The position numbers and the translations under genes are program-made. Under the pieces are notes generated by a model. That model worked only from the letters and a program-made list of their open reading frames with translations, searched no databases and was not told the origin of the DNA. Positions 20,871 through 29,866 of a DNA stretch of 64,000 bases are shown piece by piece. Positions within the stretch are counted from its first letter, which is position 1. Each line of letters starts with the position of its first letter. The stretch is from Candidatus Cloacimonadales bacterium (GTDB lineage Bacteria > Cloacimonadota > Cloacimonadia > Cloacimonadales > JAIOQZ01). The DNA is taken from contig CAXXTU010000002.1 in the NCBI GenBank assembly GCA_963662655.2, positions 896,001 to 960,000 of the forward strand. Direction: 5' to 3'.

Positions 20871-22146
20871 TCCTGATCTTGTTCCTGTGACTTCCTGCGT
20901 CGCATCAATACAAGGCAATCTTCCATTCCGGCCTTACCCATAACGATATCTTCCGCAAGCGCCATGCAAGTGGGAGATCCGCAAGCGCTGCAATTCAATC
21001 CGGGCAATTTGGAATTGATTTCGTTGATCTGCTTCATCTTGTAGATAGCCTGCTTGATATCCGTATCGAGGCTGTGCATAGAGCGGGGGCTCGAGCGGCA
21101 ATATCCCGAACTTCCCATCAGCAAACAAGTCCATCAGGTAGGACTCATCGAGATTGCCAATTTTCTCGTTGGTCAGCGAGCGTTTGATACGGCTTGCAGC
21201 CACAAATGGGTCTTCTACATTCAAGTTCCCGCCTACGCATCCCTGGATGCAGTTCCAGCAGACGATATAATCGAAATTCTCGATCTGCTGGTTCTCGATG
21301 GCCGCAAGTATCCGTGTAACGTTTTTTACGCCACTCACCGCCATTGTTTTGATGCGCTTGTCCCCAACCTGATCCGATTTCATTCCGGAAATCGCCCAGG
21401 TGTGGCCGATGGACAGCGGGTTCGGTTTGCTTCATTCCGTTATCGGGGACAACGGAGAGTATTTTATTGTAAATATCCTTGATAGAGAACGCGCCTTCCT
21501 CGATCTGCTTGTAAGCAGCCTCCGGCTGATGTACGGCCGTCACATGCGCGATGCAGGGAACGATCTGGAAGATGCCGATTTCGTTTTCCTTGAGCCCTTT
21601 CTGCTCCATCGTTTTTTGCCTGTAGTAGCGTGATAAAATACTCATGGGAGCTTCGAGGGGAAGAATGTGATCGAGCAGAGAAGGGAAACGAACCTGGATC
21701 AATCGCACGACCGCCGGGCAACTACTCGAAATGAGCGGCCTGATATCCGGATTCCTATCGATGGTCTCGCGTACGAGGCGCAGCATCAGATCCGCTACTT
21801 CCGCTTCATCGGCCACTTCGTCGAATCCGAAATCCTTTACCGTGCTTCTCGCCTTTTCGTAGCCTATGTTTTCCTTGAACTGAGAAGCAAAGGCCGAGGA
21901 AAGAATCGCGATCTTGTACTTATACCCATGGATGATGTCCAGCGAATCGGCTTTGGGCTTCAACGCGTCGTACGGACAGGTCATGATGCATCGTCCGCAG
22001 TCGATGCATCGGTTTCCATCGATTCTCACTTTTCCATCTCGAACGCGGATCGCTTCTGTTGGGCAAACGCCCACGCAGTGCGTACATCCGGTGCATTTTT
22101 CCTTCACGATCTGAATCGCATGAAAATAATTCTCGGTATTTTCCAT
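20867..22146 (-). CDS. [FeFe]-hydrogenase-like (putatively sensory) Fe-S protein, split by two apparent +1 frameshifts (~21419, ~21087)
   Basis: Two N-terminal CxxCxxCxxxCP motifs; H-cluster-like motifs ISSSCP, IVPCIAH and CWNCIQGCVGG; C-terminal LPGLNCSACGSPTC..C Fe-S domain. Three ORF pieces join after removing one base from each of two C runs (minus strand). Confidence 0.82.
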
Positions 22147-22156
22147 CTAACGGTCC

Positions 22157-22648
22157 CTAAAAGTAAATGATAACTTCTAACCTTGTATTCTCTCCCTTGG
22201 CGGAAACGATATGCATCACATCGGAGTTCTTCTTGATGTTCGGCAATCCCAGGCCGGCCCCGAAACCCATCTCGCGGACTTGCTCGTCGGCCGTTGACCA
22301 GCCGGGCGTCATGGCCTTGTCGAGGTTCTCGACACCTGGTCCCTGATCCTGAAGGATGATGTATACCCGATCACCGTAAATGTTCGCGGTGATCGTTCCA
22401 CCGTAGGAATGAGCGATTATGTTGATCTCTGCTTCGTATGAAGCGATCGCAACGCGCCGGAGGATTTTGGAATCCACTCCCAGCCGTTTCAATAATATCT
22501 TGATGTTCGCAGAGGCCTTTCCGCCGTTGACAAAGTCCCGCGCCTCGATCTCCAGATGATGAATCATCTCCGGTTCCGGAGAGGTTTCGAGAAATGTACG
22601 AGACTCCGTTTCGTCAATTCCTTCTGCGAAATGCCAGTACTCAGCCAT
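22157..22648 (-). CDS. Anti-sigma-type Ser/Thr kinase (HATPase_c, RsbT/RsbW-like)
   Basis: ASYEAEINIIAH, DQGPGV, GFGAGLGLPNIK; the ATG at 22648 overlaps the upstream stop (ATGGCTGA). Confidence 0.88.
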   Translation of the reverse strand: MAEYWHFAEGIDETESRTFLETSPEPEMIHHLEIEARDFVNGGKASANIKILLKRLGVDSKILRRVAIASYEAEINIIAHSYGGTITANIYGDRVYIILQDQGPGVENLDKAMTPGWSTADEQVREMGFGAGLGLPNIKKNSDVMHIVSAKGENTRLEVIIYF

Positions 22649-22994
22649 CAATTTTGCAGCTCCGCAGCCCGGCATTGTAAAGTAATCCGCTTGTTTTATA
22701 CAACGTATAATGCGTTAGAACCAAAGGTAAATCCCTCTCCTCAGCCATTTCGATCAGCTCTTCCGCGGGACGTTTTCCACGTACGAAAACGATACCCAGA
22801 ACGTCGATCATATCCGAAAGACGAATTATCTGCGGATTGGTTAACCCCGTCAACAATAAAGTTGCTTCTTTTGTGCAGTGCAGGATATCGCTGATTAGAT
22901 CCGATCCAAACGCACATGATATTTCCTGTTCCAAATCGGTATTGGAAGTCAGGACTTCGCCGTCGAGCGCTTCTACAATGTCTTTAAGCTTCAT
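22641..22994 (-). CDS. DRTGG-domain protein
   Basis: MKLKDIVEALDGEV...AFGSDLISDIL...LLLTGLTNPQ...FVRGK...SGLLY. Confidence 0.87.
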   Translation of the reverse strand: MKLKDIVEALDGEVLTSNTDLEQEISCAFGSDLISDILHCTKEATLLLTGLTNPQIIRLSDMIDVLGIVFVRGKRPAEELIEMAEERDLPLVLTHYTLYKTSGLLYNAGLRSCKIDG

Positions 22995-23014
22995 TGTCCT
23001 TCCTTTTCTTATCT

Positions 23015-23650
23015 TTAACGTTCGTCAAAACGTATAACGCCCCTCTTTTTCAGTGAGCAGATATTCGTTTCAAAACCGGAGAGTCTCTCAAAGAAATCCT
23101 CCAAAGAATTCGAGTTATCAATGGTCAAATCTGCTATTTTATTTTTTTTGTCAATATTCGTTTGCGACCTGATTCTATTTTTAACCGCCTCTTCATCGAG
23201 ACGATCTCTCTCGATGATTCTTCGAAGACGAATATCTTCATCAGCGATTACCAGCAATATAAAATCTACACAGGGGTCCAGCTTGCTTTCGAAGAGCAGC
23301 GGGATCTCGACAATCACGACATCATCATTCATCTGGTCGATGCGAGCTTGAAGCTCTTTACGGATTTCAGGATGCACGATTTGGGAAAGTTGGTCAAGCT
23401 TTTGTTGATCGCCGAAGACACATTCGCCCAGTTTTCTGCGATGAACCGTCCCATCTTCATTGAGGATGCCAGTTCCGAAAACCTTCGTCAGTTGCTCGAT
23501 CACAAACGGTTTCAGCAGCGCTTCATGCCCGAGGATGTCTGTCGATATCACCGGATACCCGCGTTCGGTGAACCACTTCGCAGCCAGGCTCTTGCCCGAA
23601 CCGATATTCCCGGTCAGCCCGATGATGAGCGGTCTGCTATCTCGTCTCAT
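23015..23650 (-). CDS. coaE: Dephospho-CoA kinase
   Basis: IGLTGNIGSGKS P-loop, IVHP, EIPLLFE. Confidence 0.95.
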   Translation of the reverse strand: MRRDSRPLIIGLTGNIGSGKSLAAKWFTERGYPVISTDILGHEALLKPFVIEQLTKVFGTGILNEDGTVHRRKLGECVFGDQQKLDQLSQIVHPEIRKELQARIDQMNDDVVIVEIPLLFESKLDPCVDFILLVIADEDIRLRRIIERDRLDEEAVKNRIRSQTNIDKKNKIADLTIDNSNSLEDFFERLSGFETNICSLKKRGVIRFDER

Positions 23651-24379
23651 CGGCCAGGACCTGAGCGAGTTTTTCCTTGGGAATGTCCGTATCGATCACG
23701 CCGTGCTTGGCGGTGGATATCTTCCCCGTCTCCTCCGAGACAACGATCGCCAGCGCGTCCGTTTCCTCCGTCGCGCCGATCGCAGCCAGGTGCCGTGTCC
23801 CGAACTTCTGTACGGCTTCGACATTCTGCGACAGCGGAAGAACCACTTTCACCGCGAGGATGCGGTCGTCGCGAAGGATCACCGCGCCATCGTGGAGGAC
23901 GGTTTTGCGATTGAAGATGGTCAGTAGGAGCTTCGCGCTGAGCTTCGCGTCGATCAATTCGCCGCTGCTGACGTAGTCGTTGAGCTTCTGTTTGCCTTCG
24001 ATGAGGATGAGCGCACCGGTTCTGCGGAAGGACATCGACATGATCGCTTCCTGAAGCGGCGAGTAGATGAACTTCTTGCGCGGCAGGAAGTAGGAATTGA
24101 TATTCTGATCGCCGAACTTCTTGATCATCTCGCGGATCTCAGGCTGGAAAATCACTACGAAGGCGATGAACCAGTAATCGCTGATGAGCTTGAAAATGGT
24201 CATCAGCTAAGTGTCATTTCGAGCATCACGGAAGCGAGATAGAGCACGAGAACCAGGAAGAAGCCGATCAGAATCTGATAGCCGCCGCGTCGCTTGAGCG
24301 CCTTCATCACACGATAGATAATCGCGCTTACAAGGAGGATGTCAATCACGTCTTTCAGGGTCGGGATAAAGAAATTCAT
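23637..24379 (-). CDS. dacA: Diadenylate cyclase CdaA/DacA (c-di-AMP synthase); apparent 1-nt deletion ~24210
   Basis: VVIFQPEIR, TGALI, LHDGAV, GTRHLAA, VVSEETG. The N-terminal TM part (MNFFIPTLKDVIDILLVS...) starts at 24379, overlapping the folP stop (ATGA), and is out of frame with 23637-24203. Confidence 0.88.
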
Positions 24380-25575
24380 CTGGTTTCCTTTACGGCATCG
24401 AGCGTATCGATCAGCTCACGATGCTGTTTGACATCGTGTACGCGGACGATATCCACACCCGCGTTGTGAGCGAGGGATGTCGTCGCAAGGCTACCCATCA
24501 GGCGTTCTGCCGGATCGGATTCGTAGATTCTTCCGATGAAACTCTTTCGCGATGCGCCCAGTACGATGGGCAGACCGAAGGCCTTGAACTCGGAGAGCTT
24601 CTTCAGGATGATCAGGTTATCCTCGTGCCGCTTTCCAAAACCGATTCCCGGATCAAGAACGATGTTCGTCACGCCGCCTTGCTCGCAGTGGCGGATTCGC
24701 TCCTGAAAAAAGCCCATGATCTCCTCGATCGTGTCGCCGTACGACGGTTCCTTCTGCATATCGCGCGGTGTTCCCAGCATGTGCATGAGGATCGCGGGAA
24801 CATCTGGATATTCGGCAAGGCAAGCCGTCAATTCCGGGTCGAAACGCAGCGCGCTGATATCGTTGACGATGGACGCGCCTTTCTCGATGGCAGCTCTCGC
24901 CACCTCCGCCTTGGTCGTATCGACGGAGATGATCGTGTCCGGCCTGCGTTGCAGGATCTCCTCGATGACGGGCAGGATTCGCGCTTTCTCTTTTCCGGCG
25001 TCAACCGCCTCGGATCCTGGGCGCGTGGACTCCCCGCCGATATCGATGATATCCGCGCCGTCGTCCAGCATTTGCACCGCGTGATCGGCTGCAACGCGCG
25101 GGTCGACGAACGAACCACCGTCCGAGAAAGAATCGGGCGTGACATTGAGAATCCCCATGATGCGCACGCGTTCTAGCATAAGCGTTTGATTGCGACATTG
25201 AAGGCTTTTATCACATCTTCCAAGCTCCTGCTTGAGAAGCTTTTGCAGGCTAATGGATATCTCGGGCAATCCGAAGATAATTTGATGATCCAGTTTGCGA
25301 ACGAGCTTGCGAATTTTATCGGCATTCCCCAGCAGGATGACGTCGCTAACGGGAACTGTCCCGTTGACTACGCCGCGCGCCACGGCCGCGTCACCTCCAA
25401 CGGAGAGCATCTCCTGCTTTAGGATGTTCGCCGCGCCAAGACGTACGTTTGTCAGCTTGACGGCCATCTGCAACGCTTTTGGGGCCATCACTTCAACGCC
25501 CTGGCTGGAAACTTGAATTTTATGCAGTTCTCTTCGTGCATCCTCGATGCCGAGAATGGTCAGTTTTCGATTCAT
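24376..25575 (-). CDS. folP: Dihydropteroate synthase with N-terminal extension
   Basis: IMGILNVTPDSFSDGG, DIGGESTRPG, LDPGIGFGK, SRKSFIG, RVHDV; ~135-aa extra N-terminal region (ANILKQEMLSVGGDAA). Alternative TTG start at 25596. Confidence 0.95.
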   Translation of the reverse strand: MNRKLTILGIEDARRELHKIQVSSQGVEVMAPKALQMAVKLTNVRLGAANILKQEMLSVGGDAAVARGVVNGTVPVSDVILLGNADKIRKLVRKLDHQIIFGLPEISISLQKLLKQELGRCDKSLQCRNQTLMLERVRIMGILNVTPDSFSDGGSFVDPRVAADHAVQMLDDGADIIDIGGESTRPGSEAVDAGKEKARILPVIEEILQRRPDTIISVDTTKAEVARAAIEKGASIVNDISALRFDPELTACLAEYPDVPAILMHMLGTPRDMQKEPSYGDTIEEIMGFFQERIRHCEQGGVTNIVLDPGIGFGKRHEDNLIILKKLSEFKAFGLPIVLGASRKSFIGRIYESDPAERLMGSLATTSLAHNAGVDIVRVHDVKQHRELIDTLDAVKETR

Positions 25576-25618
25576 GTATTTCTGATTTCCTTGCAAATAT
25601 AATAATTGAAATTCAGCT

Positions 25619-26332
25619 TTACTTCAACACAAAAAGGAACGTGATTGATCCAGTCTGGGCCTTGTCGCCCGTCACCGGATTGAATTTCCATGCTGCGAGC
25701 GCGTCTGTAGCAACTTTATCGAATATGCCACCGGCCTTCTTCGTGACGATGATATCCGTAACCGTTCCCTCCGGCAGCACCTTGAACTGAATGCGCACTT
25801 CGGCGTTACGCTGCTCGCCTCCGGGATACTCGGGGATCACCTCGTTGAGAATCTCGCGCGATAGAATCTCTCCTTCGAGAAGATAACGCGATTCCATGTC
25901 ACCACCACTCTGCGCCTGATTCAGCAGATCGGCCAGGTAGTTGTCGGAAGCTGTCGTCGAGGGCGCATCGGACACGTCCGTTGCGTTCTCGGAGATCGAG
26001 CCGTTTTCGAGGTTGCTGCTGACCGGCTCAAGGGCTTCTTGCTCGTCCACGAACTTGTAATCAGCCGCGTTGATCGATTTCTGAGGCATGGATGCCTCTT
26101 TGAGCGTCACGTCCTCATCGATCTGAACGCGATCAAGCCGCTCCGGAAGCTTGCCGGTCTCCGGCTGCTTCACAGCGTTTCCCGGCTGGTAGGGATCCGC
26201 GTGGAACTCGATGAGATTCAACTGCTGGATCACCGGCTGCGGATGCATCTGGATGTGTATCAAAAGCGCAACGACGATGAGCGCTGCGTGAAAGAGTGCG
26301 GAAATCAGCCAGGCGGTCTGCGTTCTGCTCAT
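25619..26332 (-). CDS. TonB-family energy transducer
   Basis: TM with SxxxH motif (SALFH); C-terminal TonB domain PEYP...V.IQFKV..EG.V...AWKFNP. Confidence 0.85.
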   Translation of the reverse strand: MSRTQTAWLISALFHAALIVVALLIHIQMHPQPVIQQLNLIEFHADPYQPGNAVKQPETGKLPERLDRVQIDEDVTLKEASMPQKSINAADYKFVDEQEALEPVSSNLENGSISENATDVSDAPSTTASDNYLADLLNQAQSGGDMESRYLLEGEILSREILNEVIPEYPGGEQRNAEVRIQFKVLPEGTVTDIIVTKKAGGIFDKVATDALAAWKFNPVTGDKAQTGSITFLFVLK

Positions 26333-26745
26333 GGTCTCTCTTCCGTCTGGACGATCTGCGTCCCGATGAAGAACTGGCTGGTTCCCGAGCGTTTGGCGAT
26401 TTCCAGGAGATCGACCACGTACTTCAGCGGCACGTTCTCGTCGGACTTGATCACCACCACCTGCTCGGGATCGTTGATCAGCATCTCGCGGAGTCTCTCG
26501 GGGAGCATCTCGCGCTCCGTTGCATTCTCCTCGTCGTTGAGATAGATTTCCAGATTCTCGCTCAGAGTCACCGTAATGCGGTCGCGATACTGGCTCTCTT
26601 TGGAGGATGCGGAGGGAAGGTTCACCTTGATTCCCGACTGGGTGATGAAGCTCGAGGAGATCAGAATGAAGATCAGCAGCAGAAAGATGATGTCCGTAAA
26701 GGAGATCAGCGCTACAGATGTTATTCTTTTCTTGGTTACTCTCAT
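26329..26745 (-). CDS. exbD: Biopolymer transporter ExbD/TolR
   Basis: SFTDIIFLLLIF TM containing the conserved Asp, VNLP, IKSDENV. Confidence 0.9.
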   Translation of the reverse strand: MRVTKKRITSVALISFTDIIFLLLIFILISSSFITQSGIKVNLPSASSKESQYRDRITVTLSENLEIYLNDEENATEREMLPERLREMLINDPEQVVVIKSDENVPLKYVVDLLEIAKRSGTSQFFIGTQIVQTEERP

Positions 26746-26746
26746 G

Positions 26747-27415
26747 TTACTTCGCCTTGCCGATCAGGATAATGAACTCGTTGATGGTATCGTCCATCAG
26801 GCTGCTGATCGATTCGATCTTGCCCACGAAGAAGTTGTGCAGCAGGATCGCCAGAATGCCCACGGTCAAACCGCCGATGGTCGTGATCAGCGCTTCCCAG
26901 ATTCCGCCGGCCAGAAGGCTGATATCCACACCGCCGCCGGTTGCCTGAATCTTCATGAATACGTTCACCATGCCCGTTACCGTTCCCAGGAATCCGATCA
27001 GCGGTGCGACCGCTGCAAACGTCGAGAGCGTCCCGAGATTCTTCTCCAGCTTGTGGATTTCCACCTCGGCAGCCGTGTGCATGGTCTGCTTGGTCGCTTC
27101 CACACCAACCTCGAGCGCTTTCAGTCCGCGACTTAGCACCGAGGCGATCGGGCTTTCAGGATTGGAATCGGCTACTACGATGGCACGCTCGATTTGATCT
27201 GCCCGAACCAGATCGATGATTTCCATCGATATGACCCCAATCCCCTTTCTCGCTGCGCGGAACCGGAGCCACCGCTCGATGATGATGATAATCGATATAA
27301 AAGAAATCAGCAGAAGAACGATCATGAGTGGACCGCCCTTTGCCGCCATTGTAAAGATGTTCATCGATGCAGCACTCTGAATGCTGTCGGCAACTGCCTG
27401 TGCGTTTAAATCCAT
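26747..27415 (-). CDS. exbB: MotA/TolQ/ExbB proton channel
   Basis: APLIGFLGTVTGM, GGIWEALITT. Confidence 0.92.
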   Translation of the reverse strand: MDLNAQAVADSIQSAASMNIFTMAAKGGPLMIVLLLISFISIIIIIERWLRFRAARKGIGVISMEIIDLVRADQIERAIVVADSNPESPIASVLSRGLKALEVGVEATKQTMHTAAEVEIHKLEKNLGTLSTFAAVAPLIGFLGTVTGMVNVFMKIQATGGGVDISLLAGGIWEALITTIGGLTVGILAILLHNFFVGKIESISSLMDDTINEFIILIGKAK

Positions 27416-27551
27416 GTATCCTCCGAAGGTCGTTGTCTCGTTTACACGATCTGGCTGATTATTCAGCTTCTTGTCAATAGAATTCGGTGTGCTTCAAACA
27501 TTGTTTGCCCTACGAACATTTAACGTACGCTGACGCCTTTTGTTACGCGAA

Positions 27552-27771
27552 ATAGTAATGGAAACTTGTCCATGGATCGAGAGCGTGACAGATTCGTTCA
27601 ATCTTCCCTTTCAACGTGGTGTTCCACATCGTTTTATTGCGTTCGATAGTCTCGATGATGTGGTATATCCACTTTGAAAGGGAAGATTGGGCGAAGATGC
27701 CATGCTCGGTTGAACATTGCTGTATTCCTGCCATTAAAAAAACCGCCCGACGATTCTGCCGGGCGGTTTTT
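27552..27771 (+). ncRNA. Candidate structured non-coding RNA (long rod hairpin) ending in an intrinsic terminator
   Basis: Arms 27575-27633 and 27654-27711 plus 27552-27560/27715-27723 pair, with about 10 G-U pairs versus 1 A-C on the + strand and a tandem GA/AG. No credible ORF here. Confidence 0.45.
27736..27771. terminator. Bidirectional Rho-independent terminator
   Basis: AAAAAAACCGCCCG-loop-CGGGCGGTTTTT, just downstream of the 27787-29034 gene. Confidence 0.8.
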
Positions 27772-27786
27772 AACAAACTATCTCAT

Positions 27787-29034
27787 TTAAAAGGATCGAT
27801 AAAGGATGTGAAGTCCACCGCTACCGGCAGCCACAAAAATCCATTCGTTGTAAGCCTTCACAAAGTTGACGGAACCGTTGAAATCGAATTGTGCGATCGG
27901 CGTGAGTTCCTGGTTCGTCGGAGTCCCTGTAGGACGTGCGAACACATACAGTCCGTCTTCACCGTTGGCGACATAGATGTAATCGTTGTCGACCGTAACC
28001 GCGTTGGTCAGGCCGTTGCCCGGGCGGTTGAAGTAGAACATTGGATCCGGTTCTGTATTGTCTGCGCCTGCAGAAACGTCGAACGCCTTGAATCCACCTT
28101 CACCCATCGCTACGTAAGCAACGTTGTCTTTTAGATCGCACCATAGCTTTGCATAGTAAGGCGCTGCCAGACCAATGTTGTAAATAATCGGTTCGTGATC
28201 CGAATCGGTTGAACCGACATCGTAAATATGAAGATTCGATTGCTCGCCTGCTTCCAGCACGAGGTGATCGGAATGGATTTGATTACCGGTGATGGCAATA
28301 CCTTTCGCGTTGTCATAACGGTCTTCTTCCACGATCTCCATGTAGTTGCTGCTGTTCAGGCTATGGCAGAACGCACCGCCGTCCGTACGGGATGTGGTCG
28401 AGTAAAGCCAGTTTGCCGAACGACGTACACCCTTGGCCACCGATGATGGAACATCATAAAGGTGCGAGGTGTATGGGCTTGGGAATTTTCCGCTCGAAGA
28501 GAGAATAACTTCTTCGATGACAGCCGGTGAGTTGAGTCCGTAAGGATCCGGATCGATCGCTGATGCCATCCAGAAGCGTCCAGTATTCTGGAAATCGGCT
28601 GCGACAGCCTGTACGTCCGTATCATTGAAGAGCGCTTGCGATACGACGACTGGATGGTAGACGTTGCTCAGACTGACGATTTCAACACCGCCACGCCATT
28701 CTTCGCCTTCCGTATTGTAGCCGATATATGCCTTGCAGACGCAAGGATCGAGATATGCAAAACAAGCCTGAACCTGATCGTCGCCCACAAAAGGCGCATC
28801 CACAGAAGCAATCCAGATTAGCGGCGGAACCGTACGTTCGCCACCAAGCAGTTCGTTGTTTACGATTGTCACTCTTTCATTGAGGCTTCCTTCATCGTTG
28901 TTCACGACAACATTCGTACCCTCGCGCAAGGACTGATTGATCTCGTCAGCCACTTCGTCGCCTGTTGATCTCTCAGCACATGATACGATGAACATAACCA
29001 ATCCTGCTATTAACAAGATCATCGCTTTTTTCAT
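27787..29034 (-). CDS. Lipoprotein with LVIVD-like beta-propeller repeats
   Basis: Lipobox IVSC; repeats AYVAMGEGGFKAFDVS, YIYVANGEDGLYVF and WIFVAAGSGGLHIL. Confidence 0.75.
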   Translation of the reverse strand: MKKAMILLIAGLVMFIVSCAERSTGDEVADEINQSLREGTNVVVNNDEGSLNERVTIVNNELLGGERTVPPLIWIASVDAPFVGDDQVQACFAYLDPCVCKAYIGYNTEGEEWRGGVEIVSLSNVYHPVVVSQALFNDTDVQAVAADFQNTGRFWMASAIDPDPYGLNSPAVIEEVILSSSGKFPSPYTSHLYDVPSSVAKGVRRSANWLYSTTSRTDGGAFCHSLNSSNYMEIVEEDRYDNAKGIAITGNQIHSDHLVLEAGEQSNLHIYDVGSTDSDHEPIIYNIGLAAPYYAKLWCDLKDNVAYVAMGEGGFKAFDVSAGADNTEPDPMFYFNRPGNGLTNAVTVDNDYIYVANGEDGLYVFARPTGTPTNQELTPIAQFDFNGSVNFVKAYNEWIFVAAGSGGLHILYRSF

Positions 29035-29170
29035 GTTTTTATTCCTCCGTGTTGAATTACTTTTTTTTCACCAGATAAGCTATTTTGCTCCGCTTTCGTG
29101 TCAAACAAAAAAAGGAGGGAAAGTGATTGCCGTTCAAAAACATGAAACGGGAGGTTCCCCAATCCTTTAC

Positions 29171-29201
29171 AGAAAAGCCCGCACCAGACTCGATACGGGC
29201 T
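29171..29201 (-). terminator. Rho-independent terminator after the YbhB/YbcL gene
   Basis: Minus strand reads AGCCCGTATC-GAGTCT-GGTGCGGGCT-TTTCT. Confidence 0.6.
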
Positions 29202-29222
29202 GTTTTATTGAACGGTATTTTT

Positions 29223-29846
29223 TTACTTAGCCTTCGGATTTATCGTATGATAGCCTGTCAATTCGGCTTGCTCCAGCACATGACCGTCGATCGCCTTCAT
29301 GAGATCAGTGCCGTAGTATTCTTCGGGTAAATCCACGCGAGGAACATCCAGGGCAAAGACGATGAAGTCATATTCGTGAATTAGCGAATCGTTCCACGGA
29401 GGACACGGCCCGTCATATCCGCCGTACAATCCCTCCATCGATTCATCGCCTTTGAACCAGCTCGTGTAATCGTTGATCCCTGCAAATCCATGCGGCGACT
29501 CCCCAAACGGTTTACCTTTGGCAGTCACACCCCGGCAAACTTCACCTTCCCTGATTTCACGGACTTCGGGCGGGATATTGGTAAGCAGCCAGTGATAGAA
29601 ATCCACCCGAGGCAAATCCTCCGGCACGAATCGTCCTTCCTGGTTCACATCGTCCGGCTTCGAAGGCACGGTTCGATCGATGCATGCTAGCGCAAACGAT
29701 TTCGTCCCTTCCGGAACATCCACCCATGCGATGTGCGGATTGACGTTATCGGAAAAGGTCACGTGCGTCTCTTCGTGATACTTTCCCATTACGTATCGCA
29801 ACGGGATCATCTCTTTATGCTTGATCGAGTTACTTACGATCCTCAT
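29223..29846 (-). CDS. YbhB/YbcL (PEBP/RKIP-like) family protein
   Basis: NPHIAW..VPEGTKSFAL, FYHW, YDGPCPPWND..H.Y.F.VFALD. Confidence 0.92.
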   Translation of the reverse strand: MRIVSNSIKHKEMIPLRYVMGKYHEETHVTFSDNVNPHIAWVDVPEGTKSFALACIDRTVPSKPDDVNQEGRFVPEDLPRVDFYHWLLTNIPPEVREIREGEVCRGVTAKGKPFGESPHGFAGINDYTSWFKGDESMEGLYGGYDGPCPPWNDSLIHEYDFIVFALDVPRVDLPEEYYGTDLMKAIDGHVLEQAELTGYHTINPKAK

Positions 29847-29866
29847 TTATACCTCCATGTTCGAGG

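Noticed and set aside
24200..24215. Selenocysteine or stop readthrough at TGA-TGA in dacA
   Set aside because: The downstream domain is in another frame, so readthrough cannot join the halves; a one-base indel does.
27543..28134. ORFs 27543-27776 (-) and 27616-28134 (+)
   Set aside because: They run through a terminator and the long hairpin or the lipoprotein gene; no SD and no protein-like features.
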